This document shows positions 59,151-64,000 of a stretch of DNA of 64,000 bases, piece by piece. Source of the stretch: Planctomycetota bacterium (GTDB lineage: Bacteria; Planctomycetota; SZUA-567; H5-PLA8); contig JBBRPR010000021.1 of the NCBI GenBank assembly GCA_038227875.1, positions 32,001-96,000 on the forward strand, read 5' to 3'. The notes beneath the pieces are model-generated. The model did not search any database, was not told where the DNA came from, and saw nothing but the letters and a program-made list of their open reading frames with translations. A program made the position numbers and the translations under genes. Positions within the stretch are counted from its first letter, which is position 1. Every line of letters starts with the position of its first letter.

Positions 59151-60578
59151 TTATTCCTTGCGCCGTTTCTTACTGTGCGGCATCGCGCCTTCATCCCGCA
59201 GACGCACCTTCCAGCCTTCGATCTCCTTGCGCACCAGCTTCGGGTTGGGCGAACCCTGCGACGCATAAAGATGCACGACCGACCGCGCGCCGAGCATGCG
59301 TTTCACTTCTTCTGTCAAAAACGCGTGCGCGGTTTTGAGGTCGTTGACCGGCAGATCCTTCAGCTCGACGCCGCGCTCTTCAGCGATGCGCACGAGATTG
59401 CCGACCACATGATGCGCCTGCCGGAAGGGGATGCCCTTGCGGACGAGATACTCCGCCAGCAGCGTCGCGTCCATGAAGCCTTCGTCGCAGGCGCGCAGCA
59501 TCCGCTCGGTCTTGAACGTAACGTGCCGCAGCAGCGGGTCGAGGATCTTCAGGCAGCCTTTGAATTGCGTGACGGTGTTGAAGAGCAGTTCCTTGTCTTC
59601 CTGCAGATCGCGGTTGTACGTCAGCGGCAGGCCCTTGGTCAGCACGATCAGGTGCGAGAGCAAGCCGACCGAGCGCCCGGTTTTGCCGCGGATCAGTTCG
59701 AGCAGATCGGGATTCTTCTTCTGCGGCATGATCGAAGAGCCGGTGCAGAACGCGTCGTCGATGCTCAGGAAACCAAATTCCGTCGTCGCCAGCAGCACGA
59801 AGTCCTCGGCCAGGCGCGACAAATGGAGCGCACACGCCGTCTGGCAGAACGCAAATTCCAACAGGTAATCGCGGTCGGCGGTGGTGTCCATCGAGTTGCG
59901 GGTGATGTCGTCGAACTTCAGGAGCTTGGCGACGATCGTGCGGTCGATCGGCAGCGACGATCCCGCCAAGGCGCAGGCGCCCAGCGGCAGAATGTTGACG
60001 CGCTTGCGGCAATCGCCGAAGCGTTCGTAGTCGCGCTGGAGCATCTCGACAAAGGCGAGCAGGTAGTGCCCCACGGTGACGGGCTGCGCGCGCTGCAAAT
60101 GCGTGTAGCCGGGCATCACGTCGTCGGCATGCTTGTCAGCCAGGTCCACAAACGCGGCCTGGACCAAGGCGATCAGGTGGCGGATTTCATCGATCTCATC
60201 GCGCAACCAGAGCCGCTCGTCGAGCGCGATCTGGTCGTTGCGGGAGCGGGCGGTGTGGAGTTTGCCGGCCGCTTCGCCGATCTTCTCCTCCAGCGCCTTC
60301 TCGATATTCATGTGAATGTCTTCGAATTCACGCTTGAAGACAAAGCGGCCGGATTTGATCTCTTCGGAAATTTCGGTCAGGCCTTTGACGATCGCGACCT
60401 TCTCGCCCTGAGTGATCAGGCCGACCTGCGCCAGCATCGTCGCGTGCGCCATCGATCCGGTGATGTCGTGCAGAAACAACGCGCGATCGAACGACACGGA
60501 TTCGGTGAAGGCTTCGGTCTGAATATCGGTGGCTTTCGTGAACCGTCCACCCCACGGCTTCTTCGATGAACCCGACAT
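59151..60578 (-). CDS. argH: Argininosuccinate lyase
   Basis: 'WGGRF', 'EDIH', 'HTARSRNDQ', 'PGYTHLQRAQP', signature 'GSSIMPQKKNPD', 'YNRDLQEDK'. Confidence 0.97.
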   Translation of the reverse strand: MSGSSKKPWGGRFTKATDIQTEAFTESVSFDRALFLHDITGSMAHATMLAQVGLITQGEKVAIVKGLTEISEEIKSGRFVFKREFEDIHMNIEKALEEKIGEAAGKLHTARSRNDQIALDERLWLRDEIDEIRHLIALVQAAFVDLADKHADDVMPGYTHLQRAQPVTVGHYLLAFVEMLQRDYERFGDCRKRVNILPLGACALAGSSLPIDRTIVAKLLKFDDITRNSMDTTADRDYLLEFAFCQTACALHLSRLAEDFVLLATTEFGFLSIDDAFCTGSSIMPQKKNPDLLELIRGKTGRSVGLLSHLIVLTKGLPLTYNRDLQEDKELLFNTVTQFKGCLKILDPLLRHVTFKTERMLRACDEGFMDATLLAEYLVRKGIPFRQAHHVVGNLVRIAEERGVELKDLPVNDLKTAHAFLTEEVKRMLGARSVVHLYASQGSPNPKLVRKEIEGWKVRLRDEGAMPHSKKRRKE

Positions 60579-60619
60579 TGCGTCTCCAAGTTTTGACTGA
60601 TTCAAATTGGAATGAGATG

Positions 60620-60681
60620 TCCGAACTCCGAAGTTCGAGCGGCCGGGGCAATCGCCACGGCACTCGAACTCGAAATTCGAA
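60620..60681 (-). other. Long G-U-rich stem-loop between the small basic ORF and argH
   Basis: Minus strand UUCGAAUUUCGA-GUUCGAGU pairs with GCUCGAAC-U-UCGGAGUUCGGA (20 bp, four G-U pairs, one bulge). Confidence 0.65.
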
Positions 60682-60686
60682 AGCGG

Positions 60687-60767
60687 TTACTTCTTCTTGC
60701 GCATCAACTTGCGGTTGCGGCGTTTCTTGCTGCCGATTTTGCGTCGGCGGCGAGGTTTAAAAGCCAT
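60687..60767 (-). CDS. 26-aa highly basic peptide MAFKPRRRRKIGSKKRRNRKLMRKKK
   Basis: AAAGGAGA RBS 5 nt before ATG; codons fit the local usage (CGC, AAG); 8 Arg and 8 Lys. Confidence 0.75.
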   Translation of the reverse strand: MAFKPRRRRKIGSKKRRNRKLMRKKK

Positions 60768-60916
60768 CGCACTCTCCTTTATTACGGGACAAATTCTTAC
60801 CAGCACCACACTTTGGGAATTCGGGGATTATCAGCAATTTTGTTCCGATTGCAATCGTGTTTAGCGCCCCGTTGAAAAAGCGCCCGCTCAATTCAGGCGA
60901 ATTTCCAACGGTGAAG

Positions 60917-61921
60917 CTACTTGACCCGCACGAATACCCGATCGTGGATGCCCAGCTTCTTGCGCAGAGTACGCGTCTCTTTCAAGAAACGGTTGCCGTC
61001 GCCGTAATAACCCGCCGTCGGTTTAAGCTCCGGCGCGTGGCTGCGGAAAAAATGATTCAGCCGCTTCATGCACAGCTCGCGCGCCAGTTTCGCCGCCATG
61101 GATCCCAGCGCCACGGGAAGCGATTGCCCATCGGCGTCGACGCGAAAGGCGACGCGAATCGTGCGGCCGTCGCTCTCCAAGCGGTAGACCGACGCGGCGT
61201 CCGATTCCTCCTCGACCCAGACCATCGCGCCCGGGAAGAGCTCGCCGACTTTCTGTGCGTAAAACTTACGCCCGCCCTGCCGGTCGATCACCGCGTGAAC
61301 CGGCTCGCCGGGCAGCGCCTGCTTGAGCAACTCTGAAAATTGCTCGGCGATCACGGCCCAATTGAGATCAGCCTTGTTTTTGCCATCGGTCATCGCCGCA
61401 TTGAAATACTTGGCGCTCAACCCCCGCGCGCCGAGCGTCACGACGGAAAGTTCGCATTGCGTCAGCGCTTCGCGCAAGGTCGGTACGGGTACCGGCGCGG
61501 CCGGGGTCTTCCGGCTCGACCGCCGCGGTTTCGGCGCAGCTTCCTCTTCGACGAGAGGCTCCGCCGCCTTCGCCGCACACCACGCGTCCTCTTCCAGGCG
61601 GATTCGGTCCCGCTCCGGAAGGATCATTGCGTAGAGATCACCACACTCTTCCGTTTTCGGTGCGGCCTCGGCGCAACATTCGAGAAACGCGAGTACCGCG
61701 CGCGCGAGCAATTCCTTGCCGCCGGGCGCGCCGTGGACAATCTTCGAGTCATCAACGACGACGCTGCCGTCGCTGCCCGGAAATCGCGAGACGCTCGGAT
61801 GCAGCAACTTCCAGAGATCGGGCGCCTGTGGCCGATCGGCGTAACGCATCGCGCTGTACCCGTGGCACAGCGGGCCCAGCACTGGGCCGTATCCCGCCTC
61901 GTCGATTCCAATCAGCAACAT
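60917..61921 (-). CDS. RNase HII-like protein
   Basis: 'GIDEAGYGPVLGPL', 'DDSK', 'IDRQGGR', 'DAD', 'SMAAKLARE', 'GY'. Confidence 0.75.
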   Translation of the reverse strand: MLLIGIDEAGYGPVLGPLCHGYSAMRYADRPQAPDLWKLLHPSVSRFPGSDGSVVVDDSKIVHGAPGGKELLARAVLAFLECCAEAAPKTEECGDLYAMILPERDRIRLEEDAWCAAKAAEPLVEEEAAPKPRRSSRKTPAAPVPVPTLREALTQCELSVVTLGARGLSAKYFNAAMTDGKNKADLNWAVIAEQFSELLKQALPGEPVHAVIDRQGGRKFYAQKVGELFPGAMVWVEEESDAASVYRLESDGRTIRVAFRVDADGQSLPVALGSMAAKLARELCMKRLNHFFRSHAPELKPTAGYYGDGNRFLKETRTLRKKLGIHDRVFVRVK

Positions 61922-62038
61922 GGTGGTTCACTATGCGTAGGACCGCCAGATTTTTCAAGCATTACAACGTCGGCTTTTTGATTTTCCGCAATGGGAGGGC
62001 GCTGCTAGTATCACCGCGTCATCAGGAGAATTTCTTCC

Positions 62039-62821
62039 GTGTCCGAATTGCCGCTGCTCACGCCCGAACAACTTCACCGCGCCATTCTCGCGCGGCTGCA
62101 GTTTGAACAATCGATGGGCATTGAAACCGTGCAGCGCATGGAGCTCAACCGCTCCGCGCAAACGGTCGCCGCGACCGTGGAACAAACGGCCGTGGCCACG
62201 ACCACACCGGCGATTTCCGCGCCAGCAGTTGTCGCACGTCCGGCCATTGCGACGGGTGACGTCGCCGCGCGCTGGGCGGATCTGGAATCCCGCGCGCTGG
62301 CCTGCGTGAAGTGCCCGCTTCACACGACGCGGACTCAAGTTGTCTTCGGCGTCGGCAACCGCTCGGCGAAACTCGTCTTCGTCGGCGAAGCGCCAGGCGA
62401 AGATGAAGACAAGCAGGGCGAGCCCTTCGTCGGGCGCGCTGGCCAGCTGCTCAACAAGATCATCACCGCGATGAAGTGGACGCGCGAGGAAGTCTACATC
62501 TGCAACACCATCAAGTGCCGCCCGCCGAACAACCGCCCGCCCCTTCCCGATGAGCTGGGCAGTTGCAATCCATTTCTCGTCGAGCAAATCGAATTGATCG
62601 GCCCAAAAGTAATCGTGGCGCTCGGCAGCCCCGCCGCCAAAACATTGCTGCAGACCATCCAGGGCATCATGAGCCTGCGCGGCCGCTGGGGTGCGTACCG
62701 TGGCATTCCCGTGATGCCCACGTTCCATCCCGCGTATCTGCTGCGCTCATACACGGAAGAAAACCGACGGCTGGTCTGGGAAGATATGAAAAAGGTCGCG
62801 GAGAAGTTGAAGGAAGCGTAG
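62039..62821 (+). CDS. udg: Family-4 uracil-DNA glycosylase (4Fe-4S)
   Basis: 'CVKC.L', 'GEAPG', 'PFVGRAG', 'KCRPP.NR', 'FHPAYLLR'; GTG start with AGGAG upstream. Confidence 0.93.
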   Translation: MSELPLLTPEQLHRAILARLQFEQSMGIETVQRMELNRSAQTVAATVEQTAVATTTPAISAPAVVARPAIATGDVAARWADLESRALACVKCPLHTTRTQVVFGVGNRSAKLVFVGEAPGEDEDKQGEPFVGRAGQLLNKIITAMKWTREEVYICNTIKCRPPNNRPPLPDELGSCNPFLVEQIELIGPKVIVALGSPAAKTLLQTIQGIMSLRGRWGAYRGIPVMPTFHPAYLLRSYTEENRRLVWEDMKKVAEKLKEA

Positions 62822-62841
62822 CGCAAGCGCTCTAAAACGCG

Positions 62842-63483
62842 TCACTCTTTGAAGAAGGGCAAGAGCTTCTGCGCTTCGGTGCGCTTCTTTTTCCCGGCGG
62901 AGACGTCGTAGTACAACCACGGCTTCGCGAGTTCAACGTAGACGGCTTCACCGACGTCGACCACCTTCACCTTCTTATCTTTCTGCAGCCGCGCAATCTG
63001 ATCCTTGAAGAAGGAACGGTTGAACGTGTTCAGTGGGAGCAGCCGGATGTAGGTATTGCCATCTTCCTGCTCAAGGCCCGGCAACATCTGGAATTTCGCG
63101 CCACGCGTGGCTTGCACGCCGAGCACCATTTTCGACTGCCCGACAGTGATTTGAATCGCGGCGTCTTCGATTGTTTTCAGCATCAAGCGGTACGGATCGA
63201 ACGTGCAGCCGCACAGCGCCACCATCTGGCCTTCGCACTTGCCCACGACTTGAATGTGAAAGCGCGTCTTGCGGTCGCGGCTGTACGCTTCGACATTCGG
63301 CGCGCTGGCGCGGCCCGGTCCGCCGCCGGAATACGCGAGGCTCTCGGCCAGTTGCTGCCGGTCGACCTTTGCGGGAATGCCGAACTGCTGCGCGACCCAG
63401 TCAAGCGGATCGCCGATCTGCCCGAACGAGCCGGACAACACCAGCGCAACGGAAATATGCGGATCATCAGGAGTCAGCGGCAC
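62842..63483 (-). CDS. Hypothetical protein
   Basis: 213-aa ORF with typical codon usage, co-oriented with the upstream gene; no motif recognised. Confidence 0.6.
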   Translation of the reverse strand: MPLTPDDPHISVALVLSGSFGQIGDPLDWVAQQFGIPAKVDRQQLAESLAYSGGGPGRASAPNVEAYSRDRKTRFHIQVVGKCEGQMVALCGCTFDPYRLMLKTIEDAAIQITVGQSKMVLGVQATRGAKFQMLPGLEQEDGNTYIRLLPLNTFNRSFFKDQIARLQKDKKVKVVDVGEAVYVELAKPWLYYDVSAGKKKRTEAQKLLPFFKE

Positions 63484-63568
63484 GCGTCGGTTTTCCGGGG
63501 AATGAAATGAGAAAAGGCGTTCAGCGCATCATCATACGCGCAGCGAATACTTTTAGAATGGACGTTTT

Positions 63569-64000
63569 TTAGAGCTTCACCGCGCTGAAGAACCCGAAGG
63601 CGGCCCATTCGTCGAACCAGCGCTTCACTGAGGCGGCAAGATCGATCGACTGCGCGTCAGGCGCCTCCATGCAGAGTTCCACCGCCTGTCCAACGGTCTT
63701 GCCGCGAACCAGCGCGTTAAGCATCGCGAATTGCGGGGCGTCGAGGTCCAATCGCCACACGCGGAGATTCTTCTTGCGGTAGACGACCAGGTGCGACGCC
63801 TTCGCGGCCGGCAACAGCGGATCTTTTTCACCGCGCACGGCTTCGAGGAAATCGTTGATCGGGAAGCGCGAGGCCACCAGCCGCAGCGCCGGCACCGGCT
63901 GCAAGCGCGCGTTGACCCACTGATCCTGCGGCACACGCAGCAGTTCGTCGACGGTCAGCGCTTTCGCCGGCTGCTCATCGAAAACCTCTTCAATCGCGCG
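63569..64000 (-). CDS. 5'-truncated DUF2063-like (HvfC/BufC-type) protein, C-terminal part
   Basis: Frame open to the window edge: 'RAIEEVFD...ARLQPVPALRLVASRFPI...HLVVYR...V...L...FAML.AL..G.T.G.A...WF.EW...G.F'. Confidence 0.65.
   Translation of the reverse strand, partial: RAIEEVFDEQPAKALTVDELLRVPQDQWVNARLQPVPALRLVASRFPINDFLEAVRGEKDPLLPAAKASHLVVYRKKNLRVWRLDLDAPQFAMLNALVRGKTVGQAVELCMEAPDAQSIDLAASVKRWFDEWAAFGFFSAVKL

Overview
High-GC bacterial chromosomal window. The gene content (N-methylation/DUF1559-type pilin-like protein, MoxR-DUF58-BatA/VWA operon, ECF sigma/anti-sigma pairs, FGE-type protein, RNase HII-like GIDEAGYGP protein, long LptD) suggests a Planctomycetota/PVC organism; this is inference. 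I recognised no rRNA, tRNA, CRISPR array, transposase or integrase. Recognisable loci: split NHEJ cluster (LigD phosphoesterase, LigD ligase, Ku), GH50-like glycoside hydrolase, split b6-type cytochrome b with no adjacent Rieske gene, LptD plus TPR protein, ECF sigma-anti-sigma-MoxR-DUF58-VWA operon, GT2/GT-C pair, hybrid histidine kinase, sugar ABC transporter, Ser/Thr kinase and pseudokinase, acyl-CoA dehydrogenase, birA, spermidine-synthase-like fusion, maf, argH, family-4 UDG and a truncated DUF2063-like gene at the right edge. Main items hidden from the ORF track: (1) a secreted TlpA/thioredoxin-fold probable selenoprotein (34360-35373, minus) with an in-frame TGA in a UxxC motif and a SECIS-like hairpin; (2) a 26-aa Arg/Lys-rich ORF with a strong RBS and a long G-U hairpin directly upstream of argH; (3) a hairpin-dense 0.8-kb intergenic region with two coupled small ORFs ahead of a probably non-cleavable LexA/CI-like repressor; (4) a 47-aa membrane peptide, a decayed pseudogene and heptamer-based intergenic repeats. 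All family assignments come from motif recognition by eye; no searches were run.
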